A stretch of 19,267 nucleotides of DNA, taken from IMG/VR virus record IMGVR_UViG_2721755725_000016, positions 1-19,267 of that record; one strand, given 5' to 3'. Below, in pieces: positions 1 through 8,890 of the stretch. The notes under the pieces are model-generated. The model saw only the letters and a list, made by a program, of their open reading frames with translations. It did no database searches and was not told where the DNA came from. How positions within the stretch are numbered: position 1 is the first letter of the stretch; each line of letters starts with the position of its first letter. The position numbers and the translations under genes are program-made. Source of the stretch: a virus (taxonomy: Duplodnaviria; Heunggongvirae; Uroviricota; Caudoviricetes).

Positions 1-360
1 TTAACTGACCCGCATGTATTCACCTGATATTGCGTTGTCAGCGCCGCCAGTATCGCGCATAACAGCGCACTGACCGGGTAAACCGTAGCGCACGACCGTT
101 GCGTTAGTATCACCGCCGCGCCGTATCTGGCGCGATTCATACACTGTCACCCGCTCAAGCAGTCCACCAGCAACCATGCTTTCCAGTGTGCGCCGGGTTG
201 ATTCGAGCTGGTGACGCTTATCGAACGACACCATGCCATGAAGCAGGTAGGCCACACCCGACACATCGAACGGCGGCGCACCAATCTCACCAGTCACCCA
301 TTCGAGGTTATCCGGTTCAAAGTAGCTAAGTATCTCTTTTTTGCGACTGGTCATTCTCAT
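1..360 (-). CDS. hypothetical protein (119 aa), divergent from the HNH gene
   Basis: Complete minus-strand ORF (ATG at 358-360, stop at 1-3). No motif recognised by eye. Confidence 0.4.
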   Translation of the reverse strand: MRMTSRKKEILSYFEPDNLEWVTGEIGAPPFDVSGVAYLLHGMVSFDKRHQLESTRRTLESMVAGGLLERVTVYESRQIRRGGDTNATVVRYGLPGQCAVMRDTGGADNAISGEYMRVS

Positions 361-906
361 GGCTGGCTGATTCCTTATTGTGGGATAGCACTATCATACA
401 ATAAGTGGGTTAAAGGGAGAGCGTTACCGCCTGATATGCTGTATGAATAACAACCAAATTTCAGGTGCGGAAAAAGATATGGGGGTACTTTTGGGGGTAT
501 CTATAAAAAATGAACAATAAAAAAGGCAACAAAAACAAAGCTTATCGCCTATGTGTATTGTTCCTATTATCGCACCATTTATATCAAGCAATTACGATTA
601 AATCCTCTCTTTGTCTGCATCATGATTTTTTCCGTGTAACTCCATGTGTAAGTAATTTTCGTCAACATAAATCAACAATAGAGCATCCGTATCTCAGATT
701 GGCTCAGTCTTGTTGATTTTTTCATCTTGATGAAACAATATTTCTGATATTGATGTTGGACATTTGGGGGGGCAGCTTAGCAGGCCTGTACAGGTTGTTT
801 CATTGATTATTGCTCTATATGCCTGCCCTTTTAGATAGCCCTTTCCTGTCTACTTCCATCTATGGTGTAATCCCTTGCGAGATTAAGGTTTCTTTCGAGA
901 GATAGT

Positions 907-1566
907 ATGGAATTATTCGAAAATTATTTGTCAGCGTTACCTAAAAAAAAGCGATTGAGTAAAGTCAAGTTGATTATCCTAAAGAGATTATGGGTTTCAG
1001 ATGATTTTGATTTTCCTAAACCTTGGGTCCCATCGACAGAATTACTGGAATTGACAGGGCAAAAGTACTTCGATAGACGAACAAGAGAGTTGCGTGATGA
1101 ACTAGGCTGTGATCTCGAAAGCTCGTACATTCCGGAATTCTCGGGACATGCTTGGCGGCTGAAATCAAGCATGATTGCCCCGCCAATGGAAAGGGAATAT
1201 CTGACAGAATCACAACGATCCAGTTTATTTTCTAACTGCAGCAATACATGTGCAACATGTGGTAAAACTGTTGCCGCTGGGGTCAGGGGGCTACAAGCGG
1301 ATCACAAAATACCTTTGTCACGCGGTGGTGGAAATGAGTTAACCAATTGGCAAGCTCTTTGCCACAATTGCAACGTAGGTAAGAGAAGAGCATGTGAGGG
1401 ATGTACTGAAGATTGTTACACATGCTCATGGGCATTTCCTGAAAAATTTGGGATAACAACAATGCTCCATCTGCCAGAAGCTAGTTTAAGAAGAGCCCAA
1501 CAACTAGCTGATGCAAAGGGTTTTTCTTTAGACGAAATCGTTGACTACGCAATACGCAAGCTTTGA
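907..1566 (+). CDS. HNH endonuclease (219 aa), candidate restriction endonuclease
   Basis: C-terminal HNH/zinc motif CATCGK...ADHKIPLSRGGGNELTNWQALCHNCN, followed by CEGCTEDCYTC. Convergent with the adjacent C5-MTase, 3' ends overlap 22 bp. AT-rich. A8 tract at 943-950 (codons PKKK). Confidence 0.7.
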   Translation: MELFENYLSALPKKKRLSKVKLIILKRLWVSDDFDFPKPWVPSTELLELTGQKYFDRRTRELRDELGCDLESSYIPEFSGHAWRLKSSMIAPPMEREYLTESQRSSLFSNCSNTCATCGKTVAAGVRGLQADHKIPLSRGGGNELTNWQALCHNCNVGKRRACEGCTEDCYTCSWAFPEKFGITTMLHLPEASLRRAQQLADAKGFSLDEIVDYAIRKL

Positions 1567-2615
1567 ACATCATTCGATTCCAGTGGTGATGCCAACTGTT
1601 TTTTTTTCATTAGATCAACCGCTTCGAGTGCTTTACGAATTTGCCTTCCTGTTGCTTCGGCAACAGGAGGAGGAAAAGCGTTACCTACTTGACGATAAGC
1701 AGCTGTTTTTTTCCCAGAGAATTCCCACCAGTCCGGGAAACCTTGGATTCGTGCAGCCATTCTCACCGTCAAACGAGGCATATTTTCAAGACCTGCTCGA
1801 ATATTTCCGTCTCTTCCAATATACCCAGTAAACCCCTTTTCAGGGCTACTATCAGCTATGGAATGCCCGTTGACTCCAAGCGCTTGCCAAGCTTTTTTGG
1901 CTCTCGTCGGTCCAAGGTCTGGACCTCCATGCTTATGGGAACCGCCAACAAGTGTAGGGGCTATATTGTTAGCGGCCTTTCTCCATGCCTCGGCTCCTTC
2001 CCAGCCACCCTGTGACATTAAGTCAAAGAGAGCATCACCCACAGTCGGTGGTATCAACGTTTCACTCGGCCAACGAAAATGAGCGGAATACTTACCACGC
2101 AATGCAACTAAAAGAACTCGGGGACGAAGCTGAGGAACTCCGTAATCAGAAGCGTTATGAAGTTTCCAAAAGGTTTTATAACCCATTGCAGAGAAAGCAT
2201 GATCTAGTTCTTGTCGGTATTGTTTAAACTTTGGGTCTAATAAACCTGAAACATTTTCAATCATTACTGCTTTTGGCTTAATGATGTTCACAATTTTGAG
2301 CGCTGTTGGAAACAAATCACGTTCATCATCTTTGCCTAGTTGTTTCCCTGCTTTTGAGAATGGCGGGCAGGGCACTCCCCCTGCGACCAAGTCAATATCA
2401 GAAAAATTATATGCAGTATGTTCAGCAAAATGCTTAACGCAACCCTCTATGATATTTTCCCAACCTAAAGAATGGAGCTCATTGTTGAGGCGAAGAGTTT
2501 CGCAGGCAGCAGGATCAATCTCGACGAGCGCGCGGTGAGTGAAGCCAGCGTTATGTAACCCTAGAGCTTGACCTCCTGCCCCTGCACAAATCTCTACAGA
2601 TGTGTATTGTAACAT
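1545..2615 (-). CDS. DNA cytosine-5 methyltransferase (356 aa)
   Basis: C5-MTase motifs in canonical order: motif I EICAGAGG, motif IV GGVPCPPFSKAG, motif VI ENV, motif VIII QLRPRVLL, motif X QVGNAFPPPVAEA. A9 tract on the coding strand (plus-strand T9 at 1599-1607, codons KKK) near the 3' end. Confidence 0.85.
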   Translation of the reverse strand: MLQYTSVEICAGAGGQALGLHNAGFTHRALVEIDPAACETLRLNNELHSLGWENIIEGCVKHFAEHTAYNFSDIDLVAGGVPCPPFSKAGKQLGKDDERDLFPTALKIVNIIKPKAVMIENVSGLLDPKFKQYRQELDHAFSAMGYKTFWKLHNASDYGVPQLRPRVLLVALRGKYSAHFRWPSETLIPPTVGDALFDLMSQGGWEGAEAWRKAANNIAPTLVGGSHKHGGPDLGPTRAKKAWQALGVNGHSIADSSPEKGFTGYIGRDGNIRAGLENMPRLTVRMAARIQGFPDWWEFSGKKTAAYRQVGNAFPPPVAEATGRQIRKALEAVDLMKKKQLASPLESNDVQSLRIA

Positions 2616-3115
2616 GTCATTAAACCTGTATATAAAAACAGTTGTATGTTTATCTGATCAGAGACCATTACGCAACAAATTGTACAAAACAAGTAGTACC
2701 GTCGCTATTGAACCGGTCAGCTTAGTTACTTGATTGCTGAATGACAAGGCAATCTACAACTTTGTTTTGGAATCCTATATTTATCAAATAACTAACATTC
2801 GACAGTACTATTGGCATTCTCTTGATCAGACAGGCAGAATCTCATGTGGACTGAATAAAATGCCTTAGCTGAGTACGAAAAGAACTACTATCTGTTTACA
2901 TGATTTTTTGTCCGTAAGATGCATTGCGTCCGCTGTAAATAGCAGACGCATTCTGCAGAGAACAAATGAATAAGAAAGATTGGCACGCTGCTTGTGGAAT
3001 TCAGCTTTGGCTTCGTCGCAACATGTCGGTTGTTTGTCGTGCTCGTAAGATATCTACGGTCTGAACCGCCCCGGAAATCCTGGAGACTAAACTCCCTGAG
3101 AAAGAGGTAAACAGG

Positions 3116-3441
3116 ATGACTAAAAATACTCGTTTTTCCCCGAAGTCCGTCAGCGGGCGATTCGTATGGTTCTGGAAAGTCAGGATGAATATGACTCACA
3201 GTGGGCGGCAATTTGTTCCATTGCCCCAAAGATTGGCTGTACGCCGGAGACTCTGCGTGTCTGGGTTCGCCAGCATGAGCGGGATACCGGGGGCGGTGAT
3301 GGTGGGCTCACCAGCGCTGAACGTCAGCGTCTGAAAGAGCTGGAACGTGAAAATCGTGAACTGCGCCGCAGTAACGATATCCTTCGCCAGGCTTCCGCTT
3401 ATTTTGCGAAGGCGGAGTTCGACCGCCTCTGGAAAAAATGA
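3116..3441 (+). pseudogene. IS orfA, frameshifted (C5 tract reduced to C4)
   Basis: Copies 2 and 3 read ttttCCCCCgaag; copy 1 reads ttttCCCCgaag at about 3140-3144. The reading frame breaks after MTKNTRFSP and resumes as the 3166..3441 ORF. Confidence 0.8.
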
Positions 3442-4328
3442 TGCCACTGCTGGATAAGCTGCGTGAGCAGTACGGGGTCGGACCGGTATGCAGCGAACTG
3501 CATATTGCCCCGTCAACGTATTACCATTGTCAGCAACAGCGACATCATCCGGATAAACGCAGTGCCCGTGCGCAGCACGACGACTGGCTGAAGAGAGAGA
3601 TACAGCGCGTATACGATGAAAATCATCAGGTGTACGGTGTGCGTAAAGTCTGGCGTCAGTTGTTACGGGAAGGAATCAGGGTGGCCAGATGTACAGTGGC
3701 ACGTCTCATGGCGGTTATGGGACTTGCCGGTGTTCTCCGGGGTAAAAAGGTCCGTACGACCATCAGCCGGAAAGCCGTTGCCGCAGGCGACCGCGTAAAC
3801 CGTCAGTTCGTGGCAGAACGACCTGACCAGCTGTGGGTGGCTGATTTTACTTACGTCAGCACATGGCAGGGCTTCGTCTATGTGGCGTTTATCATTGATG
3901 TGTTTGCCGGATACATCGTGGGGTGGCGGGTCTCATCGTCTATGGAAACGACATTCGTGCTGGATGCGCTGGAGCAGGCGTTGTGGGCCCGTCGTCCGTC
4001 TGGCACCATCCATCACAGCGATAAAGGCTCTCAGTATGTGTCACTGGCCTATACGGAGCGACTAAAAGAAGCCGGATTACTGGCATCAACAGGGAGTACA
4101 GGCGACTCGTATGACAACGCGATGGCTGAGAGCATCAATGGTCTTTACAAAGCGGAGGTAATACACCGTAAGAGCTGGAAAAACCGTGCAGAAGTGGAAC
4201 TGGCCACACTAACGTGGGTGGACTGGTATAACAATCGACGATTGCTGGGAAGGCTGGGCCATACTCCTCCGGCAGAAGCAGAAAAAGCTTATTATGCTTC
4301 CATCGGAAACGATGATCTGGCAGCCTGA
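3438..4328 (+). CDS. IS3-family transposase OrfB (296 aa)
   Basis: Identical 296-aa product in all three copies. Integrase-core motifs including [10 protein letters not shown]. Confidence 0.9.
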   Translation: MMPLLDKLREQYGVGPVCSELHIAPSTYYHCQQQRHHPDKRSARAQHDDWLKREIQRVYDENHQVYGVRKVWRQLLREGIRVARCTVARLMAVMGLAGVLRGKKVRTTISRKAVAAGDRVNRQFVAERPDQLWVADFTYVSTWQGFVYVAFIIDVFAGYIVGWRVSSSMETTFVLDALEQALWARRPSGTIHHSDKGSQYVSLAYTERLKEAGLLASTGSTGDSYDNAMAESINGLYKAEVIHRKSWKNRAEVELATLTWVDWYNNRRLLGRLGHTPPAEAEKAYYASIGNDDLAA

Positions 4329-4370
4329 GTTCACAGATAAAACACTCTCCAGGAAACCCGGGGCGGTTCA

Positions 4371-4634
4371 GACTGAAGATAATGTGATTGCTCCCGCCTG
4401 CTCAACACTCTGTGATCGATACGAATCAGTTCGTACTTATCTACTAGGAAGTTGACTGTATCGGCTAAGGGGAATCCCGTTTTCAATATGTACCTTCATA
4501 ACAGTGTCGTCAATGCGCTGCGTATCGTTAAGAGTCAGGCTGTAGTGTTTGTCCTGCAGGTATGTAACTAGGGGCTGTCAGACGGTTACAGAGGACTTCG
4601 CCACACGTTTTCGGAATATAGGTAAAATTCTCAT
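4371..4634 (-). pseudogene. CbtA/YeeV/YpjF-family toxin remnant, multiply frameshifted and 3'-truncated by IS copy 1
   Basis: Manual minus-strand translation gives MRILP..., LQDKHYSLTLNDTQRIDDTVMKVHIENGIPL and ADTVNFLVDKYELIRIDHR in three different frames, matching my recollection of the CbtA-family order. The reading frame runs straight into the IS end at 4370. Confidence 0.7.
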
Positions 4635-4781
4635 CGTCGGTTATTCTGCGAATAAAAGAAATTAATTGCGGACGGGTTTTTCGCGGTACGTCACTGTCGT
4701 ATGGCAGCCAGCGTATCTTGGTTTATGCCCTGCTCCGTATTGTTATGTCGGTCGGTATGGCATAATGCAGTCCTAGCTTTT

Positions 4782-5130
4782 TCATCGCTGGCAAATGTAC
4801 CAGTGCGAACCGAAGGGGGATTCACCGATCATCCTTTTCGCATACAGCGTGACGGTCTGCTGATGACGGGGATTCAGTTCACCGCTGGTGAACATGAGTT
4901 CCAGTTGTTTCATCAGCAGTGGAAAGGCTTGGTCCAGATGGTATGCATCCGCATCGCTGAACCGGCCTCTGATACCGGCGCGGTCTGCAAGGTAATGCAA
5001 CTGATTGCCCTCCTGCACCAGACGGGCGCCAAAACGGGGTGTCACTGTCACGAACGGTGCAGGGCAGCCCCCACCAGGGGCGGTCGTGATTGTCGTCGGG
5101 ATAATTTGTTTCATGGAGCGTGTCTGACAC
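4782..5130 (-). pseudogene. CbeA/YeeU/YfjZ-family antitoxin with internal frameshift
   Basis: N-terminus MSDTLHETNYPDDNHDRPWWGLPCTV is in one frame (start 5130); the remainder ...TVTPRFGARLVQEGNQLHYLADRAGIRG... is in the +1 frame down to the stop at 4782. The break is near 5045-5055 and looks like a roughly 10-bp imperfect duplication (gtgacagtgaca). Confidence 0.6.
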
Positions 5131-5209
5131 GATAAAATCCTCACAGAAAATCGGTTAAGAACGGTCAGGTAATGTCGATAATTCTGCTCATCAGAATGCC
5201 CTTACTGAC

Positions 5210-5431
5210 TCAGTTCAGAGTGACGCTCATCAGCCGGACATACGGGCCAAAACTGTCCTTACGGCGTTCTGCAAACACGGCCAGCACACCGGGAATATTC
5301 TGCACTTCACGACCGGTATACGCCTTAGCACTGCCGTGCCAGCGGTATTTGCCGGTACAGAACGGAAAAAGACGGGATGCAGGATGCTGTTGGTGAATAC
5401 GCATGGCTTCACCACGGGTGATGATTTTCAT
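5210..5431 (-). CDS. DUF987 family protein (YeeT/YkfH/YpjJ-like, 73 aa)
   Basis: MKIITRGEAMRIHQQHP...FPFCTGKYRWHG...VRLMSVTLN closely matches the recalled YeeT-family sequence. Sits in the conserved position between the RadC-like gene and the antitoxin. Confidence 0.8.
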   Translation of the reverse strand: MKIITRGEAMRIHQQHPASRLFPFCTGKYRWHGSAKAYTGREVQNIPGVLAVFAERRKDSFGPYVRLMSVTLN

Positions 5432-5499
5432 GGTGTGATACCTCTGAAGACAGAAGATAAAAGTGAAAACAGGTGTGATGTGGTGGTGACGGTGACGGG

Positions 5500-5976
5500 T
5501 TAAAGCAGACCATGTTCGGCAAAGGAGAAAACCTGGTTGCCACCAACTATCAGATGGTCCGGCACCCGGATATCCACCAGGCCCAGTGCCTGTACCAGAC
5601 GTTCCGTGATAAGGCGGTCTGCCTTGCTGGGTGTGACTTCACCGGACGGGTGATTGTGTGCCAGCACCACGGCTGCGGCATTGTGGTACAGGGCGCGTTT
5701 AATCACTTCCCGGGGATGGACTTCCGTGCGGTTGATGGTGCCGGTGAAGAGGGTTTCACCGGCAATCAGCTGATTCTGGTTGTTCAGATACAGCACCCGG
5801 AATTCTTCACGCTCCAGTCCCGCCATGTTCAGAATCAGCCATTCCCGTGCCGTACGGGTGGAGGTGAAGGCCACGCCGGGTTCATGAAGATGGCGGTCCA
5901 GGGTTTTCAGGGCCCGCAGAATGAGGCTGCGCTCTCTGGTTGTCATTTCTCCGGGCAGAAAGGAAAGCTGCTGCAT
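5500..5976 (-). CDS. RadC-like JAB/MPN domain protein (YeeS/YfjY/YkfG family, 158 aa)
   Basis: JAMM-type motif HNHPSGEVTPSKAD and surrounding conserved context. Confidence 0.85.
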   Translation of the reverse strand: MQQLSFLPGEMTTRERSLILRALKTLDRHLHEPGVAFTSTRTAREWLILNMAGLEREEFRVLYLNNQNQLIAGETLFTGTINRTEVHPREVIKRALYHNAAAVVLAHNHPSGEVTPSKADRLITERLVQALGLVDIRVPDHLIVGGNQVFSFAEHGLL

Positions 5977-5991
5977 TGTTCCGGCCCCCTT

Positions 5992-6477
5992 TCAGTCGAT
6001 GATGCGCATAATGGCGTTGCATTCCGGATGCTGCAGGGCGTAATCCCGCAGCCGGTAATAATGGACCGTCATGGCATAACACTCCGTACGACAGGCATGA
6101 TGGCTGTACGTCATCAGACAGGCGGCAATACCGGCGGCTTCCGGGCTCATTTCAGCGCGGTTACCGTTCATGGCATTGAACAGTACCCATGTTTCTCCAT
6201 CATCTTCATCCGGTTCTGGAGCCATAAATGCCCCGCCGTTGTTCAGGGTGTACAGATTCCAGATACCACCACAGTAGTCTTCGCAAAGACGGTCCATCCA
6301 GCCGAAGATACGGGGCTCCAGGGTCACCCACTGTGAAATGAGGCCAAAATGTTGCGGCCAGAAGCTGATGCGCTGTTCATCAGGGACGAGAGTAGCAACC
6401 AGCTGAGGTGGGTTATTCCCTGATGCAGCGGTTACGGAAACAGAAGGTGTGGTGGAATTATGCGTAACGGTTGTCAT
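5992..6477 (-). CDS. antirestriction protein, KlcA/ArdB-like (YfjX/YafX family, 161 aa)
   Basis: Sequence character of the Antirestriction family and conserved position immediately upstream of the RadC-like gene. Confidence 0.75.
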   Translation of the reverse strand: MTTVTHNSTTPSVSVTAASGNNPPQLVATLVPDEQRISFWPQHFGLISQWVTLEPRIFGWMDRLCEDYCGGIWNLYTLNNGGAFMAPEPDEDDGETWVLFNAMNGNRAEMSPEAAGIAACLMTYSHHACRTECYAMTVHYYRLRDYALQHPECNAIMRIID

Positions 6478-6567
6478 GAGATTATTCCTTATAAAAAGTA
6501 AATGAATGGAAGAATGCCCGGGGAAGGGACAGCCGTGAGTCAGGACTGCGCTTTCAGGGAAAAGGCA

Positions 6568-7386
6568 TCAGCGCATGCTCTCCAGCAGCGTTTCTGCCAT
6601 CACCCACAATGCCCGGTTGAGCTTAATGTCGGTATCGATGCTGTGAATGGCACGGGTGTGGATACGTTTTCCTTTTGCACTGCGACCGGAAAGCCCGCCT
6701 TTCAGCATATTCTCCTGGATGGTCTGATAAGCACTCCACAGGTCCTTACCGTAATCCTCCCTGCGTCGTGGTGTCAGAATGTCGGCGGTGGTGACGGGCT
6801 GATGTTCGTCACCATAACGGTAAGTCAGTGCCGCCTGTGCCAGCGCCTGGCGTGCCGGTGGCGGCAGGACCAGCGACTGCATGGCATCACGCTTCTCCTC
6901 TATCCGGTCAAACACACCCACCACCTCGTAAGCCCCTTCAATGACTCTGTCCACCACATTTCCCCGGTGCGGAACACGCACTTCCCCCAGAGACTGACCA
7001 CAGACGCAGCCGTTCTGGCAGACGAATCTGAAGTAACCCGGCAGCATCTGGTAGCTGGAGGTACCGTCATGGGAGTTGAGCAGAATAATTTCAGGGACAT
7101 GTTGTCCGTTTATCTCCCCGTCACGGCGCAGACGCAGCATGTGTTTGGTATACCCCCGGCGGCCCGGGTCACGTACGCGGGTCTGGCAGGCGAAGAATGG
7201 CTGAAAGCCTTCCCGCTGCAGGCTTTCCAGCACTGTGATGGTGGGGATGTACGAATACCGTTCACTGCGGGAGGTATGCCGGTCTTCCCCAAAAATGCTG
7301 GGAACATAGTGCATCAGTTCTTCATGGGTCAGTGGGCGGTCACGGCGTATCTGATTAATCCGTCCGAAGCGACTGGCTAATCGCAT
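6568..7386 (-). CDS. DUF932 protein (YafZ/YfjQ-like, 272 aa from the preferred start)
   Basis: Preferred start ATG at 7384-7386 is preceded by AAGGAG at 7-nt spacing. The track's longer ORF starts at 7446. Conserved position upstream of the antirestriction gene. Confidence 0.7.
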   Translation of the reverse strand: MRLASRFGRINQIRRDRPLTHEELMHYVPSIFGEDRHTSRSERYSYIPTITVLESLQREGFQPFFACQTRVRDPGRRGYTKHMLRLRRDGEINGQHVPEIILLNSHDGTSSYQMLPGYFRFVCQNGCVCGQSLGEVRVPHRGNVVDRVIEGAYEVVGVFDRIEEKRDAMQSLVLPPPARQALAQAALTYRYGDEHQPVTTADILTPRRREDYGKDLWSAYQTIQENMLKGGLSGRSAKGKRIHTRAIHSIDTDIKLNRALWVMAETLLESMR

Positions 7387-7413
7387 AATTAACTCCTTAT
7401 CTGATAATGAAAT

Positions 7414-7450
7414 AAAAGCAAAAAGGCCATGTCCCCGGAGGAACATGGCC
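7414..7450 (-). terminator. rho-independent terminator downstream of the 312-aa secreted-protein gene
   Basis: 8-bp stem GGCCATGT/ACATGGCC (7425-7432 and 7443-7450) with a 10-nt loop, followed on the minus strand by UUUUUGCUUUU (7414-7424). Confidence 0.55.
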
Positions 7451-7475
7451 TGATGGAATATATTATTGCTGATGA

Positions 7476-8414
7476 TTAATGTTGCTGATTTTTCTCTTTA
7501 ACTTTTGACCATGAGGGGCGTCGGTTGCCGGAAAATTCCTTCTGCATTGACCAGTAACCAATCGGGAACTGCTTCACCAGCACCCCGTTGATACCAATAT
7601 CGACGGACAGATACTGACCGTTGTTGATGCTGCCCTTGCGGATGTACGCATCCGCACTGCAGGTGCCGGTATCATACTGCCGCCATGTTGCGGTATCGCG
7701 GGCGGCAACATAAAAATCACCGAAAGCACAGCCCGTTGCTGACTTACGATTCAGAACGGCAACGTAATACTTAGTGTTGGCTATAATGGCGCAACTGCTG
7801 CTCTGACCGCCGCAGACCTGCCATAACGTTTTGCTGCTGTCACCCTTAAAGGTCCAGATAGTGTCTGCCGGTGCGCCGTCTGTATGTGTTACTGGCAATG
7901 CCGGAGCCTGCTGCACTGGTGTAACGTCGGGTACGTCGCGGCGTAATAGTCGTGCTTCAGCATCCCCGACATCGCCAAACATGTTTTCCTCTCCGCTGTT
8001 GTAATAAAAACCGGCAATAACATGTTCTGAGGGGATATACAGTATTTTCAGATAATGGTCACCGCAATTACCCCGCTCACAGACAGACCCCAGCAGCCAC
8101 TTCTCGTCACCAACGACCACCGGAATTAATCCACTGTCAGGGCCGTTCATGGAGCCCTGTTTTCCCGTTAACCCGGTGAGTCCTGCTGACTTCAGCGCAT
8201 CATCAAGGTCTTTCTTGAATACCGGGTCGGCATCGTAGATACTGCCCAGAAAGGGGCAGGAACCGTATCCGTTTTCATTATCACCAGCATCAGGATCACA
8301 GCGCATTGCATCTGCTGCCGTTTTTGCGACACCGGCAGCGTAAACTCCGGTGGAAATAAAACAAAGCGAGGATATCAGTATTATCTGTTTTAATTTACGT
8401 AATACAAGAAACAT
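7476..8414 (-). CDS. secreted cysteine-rich protein (312 aa), function unknown
   Basis: N-terminal signal peptide MFLVLRKLKQIILISSLCFISTGVYA. Eight Cys in the mature part, including CERGNCGDH. Own RBS and own terminator. Confidence 0.65.
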   Translation of the reverse strand: MFLVLRKLKQIILISSLCFISTGVYAAGVAKTAADAMRCDPDAGDNENGYGSCPFLGSIYDADPVFKKDLDDALKSAGLTGLTGKQGSMNGPDSGLIPVVVGDEKWLLGSVCERGNCGDHYLKILYIPSEHVIAGFYYNSGEENMFGDVGDAEARLLRRDVPDVTPVQQAPALPVTHTDGAPADTIWTFKGDSSKTLWQVCGGQSSSCAIIANTKYYVAVLNRKSATGCAFGDFYVAARDTATWRQYDTGTCSADAYIRKGSINNGQYLSVDIGINGVLVKQFPIGYWSMQKEFSGNRRPSWSKVKEKNQQH

Positions 8415-8440
8415 GATTATTTTTACTCCATCCTGTTTAT

Positions 8441-8469
8441 ATAAAAGAAACGGGCTCCGTGAAGAGCCC
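8441..8469 (-). terminator. terminator-like hairpin downstream of the 136-aa secreted-protein gene
   Basis: Stem GGGCTC/GAGCCC (8452-8457 and 8464-8469) with a 6-nt loop, followed on the minus strand by GUUUCUUUUAU. Confidence 0.45.
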
Positions 8470-8479
8470 TGTAAAAAAT

Positions 8480-8890
8480 TTAAAAGTCAATGGTATTAAG
8501 ACCAACATTCTTTTTGATGGAGGGATCGTAAATAACAACGGTAAGATGGTCTTTGTCTGAAGAACGGACAAACTTAGCGGTGGCCTCACCACTGCATGTT
8601 GCATGACGGTTATAATCCATCATTTTACCTTTGCTGGTAGCAAGATTGACAACGATGATATAAGGATCATAACAGGCCGAACCTCCCGGACTGCTCAGCA
8701 AGGCATATTTGCCATCATCAGAGACACCAATGAGGCTGCATATCCCGTCTTTTATATCCTCACTTCCGCACATCTGCTCACTTCCATCTTTCACATCAAT
8801 CACAGTACGGGGTAATTTAACCTCTGTAGCATTAACTGATGCACTCAACAACAAACCTGAAACTATTAATGACAATATAAACGCTTTCAT
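8480..8890 (-). CDS. small secreted protein (136 aa), function unknown
   Basis: Signal peptide MKAFILSLIVSGLLLSASVNA, four Cys in the mature part. AT-rich. Start lies 49 bp from the IRR end of IS copy 2. Confidence 0.6.
   Translation of the reverse strand: MKAFILSLIVSGLLLSASVNATEVKLPRTVIDVKDGSEQMCGSEDIKDGICSLIGVSDDGKYALLSSPGGSACYDPYIIVVNLATSKGKMMDYNRHATCSGEATAKFVRSSDKDHLTVVIYDPSIKKNVGLNTIDF

Larger units (their letters stand above)
3062..4370 (+). mobile_element. IS629/IS1203/IS3411-like element (IS3 family), copy 1, 1309 bp
   Basis: Imperfect terminal inverted repeats TGAACCGCCCCGG... at 3062 and ...CCGGGGCGGTTCA ending 4370. orfA/orfB overlap at ATGA. Flanking triplets gtc/gac differ, so no target-site duplication. 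One base shorter than copies 2 and 3. Confidence 0.9.

Noticed and set aside
510-716. 68-aa plus-strand ORF in the AT-rich intergenic region
   Set aside because: Low-complexity product (MNNKKGNKNK...), no RBS, lies in the divergent promoter region.
1541-2538. Several 74-124 aa plus-strand ORFs inside the MTase gene
   Set aside because: All are antisense to a gene with the full set of C5-MTase motifs.
2888-3229. 113-aa minus-strand ORF spanning the left boundary of IS copy 1
   Set aside because: It crosses the IS terminal repeat and runs antisense through orfA. A plus-strand ATG at 2967 also opens a short frame into the IS, but I cannot support a gene there.
3059-4373. Flanks of IS copy 1 (gtc and gac) as a meaningful signature
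   Set aside because: They are reverse complements of each other, but for a 3-bp word that is probably coincidence.
4701-5135. 144-aa plus-strand ORF
   Set aside because: Antisense to the CbeA-like antitoxin remnant; no RBS support.
5512-6336. 274-aa plus-strand ORF
   Set aside because: Antisense to the RadC-like and antirestriction genes, which have recognisable motifs; His/Gly/Gln-rich and not protein-like.
6502-7380. 292-aa plus-strand ORF
   Set aside because: Exactly antisense to the DUF932 gene, which has a strong RBS and conserved synteny.
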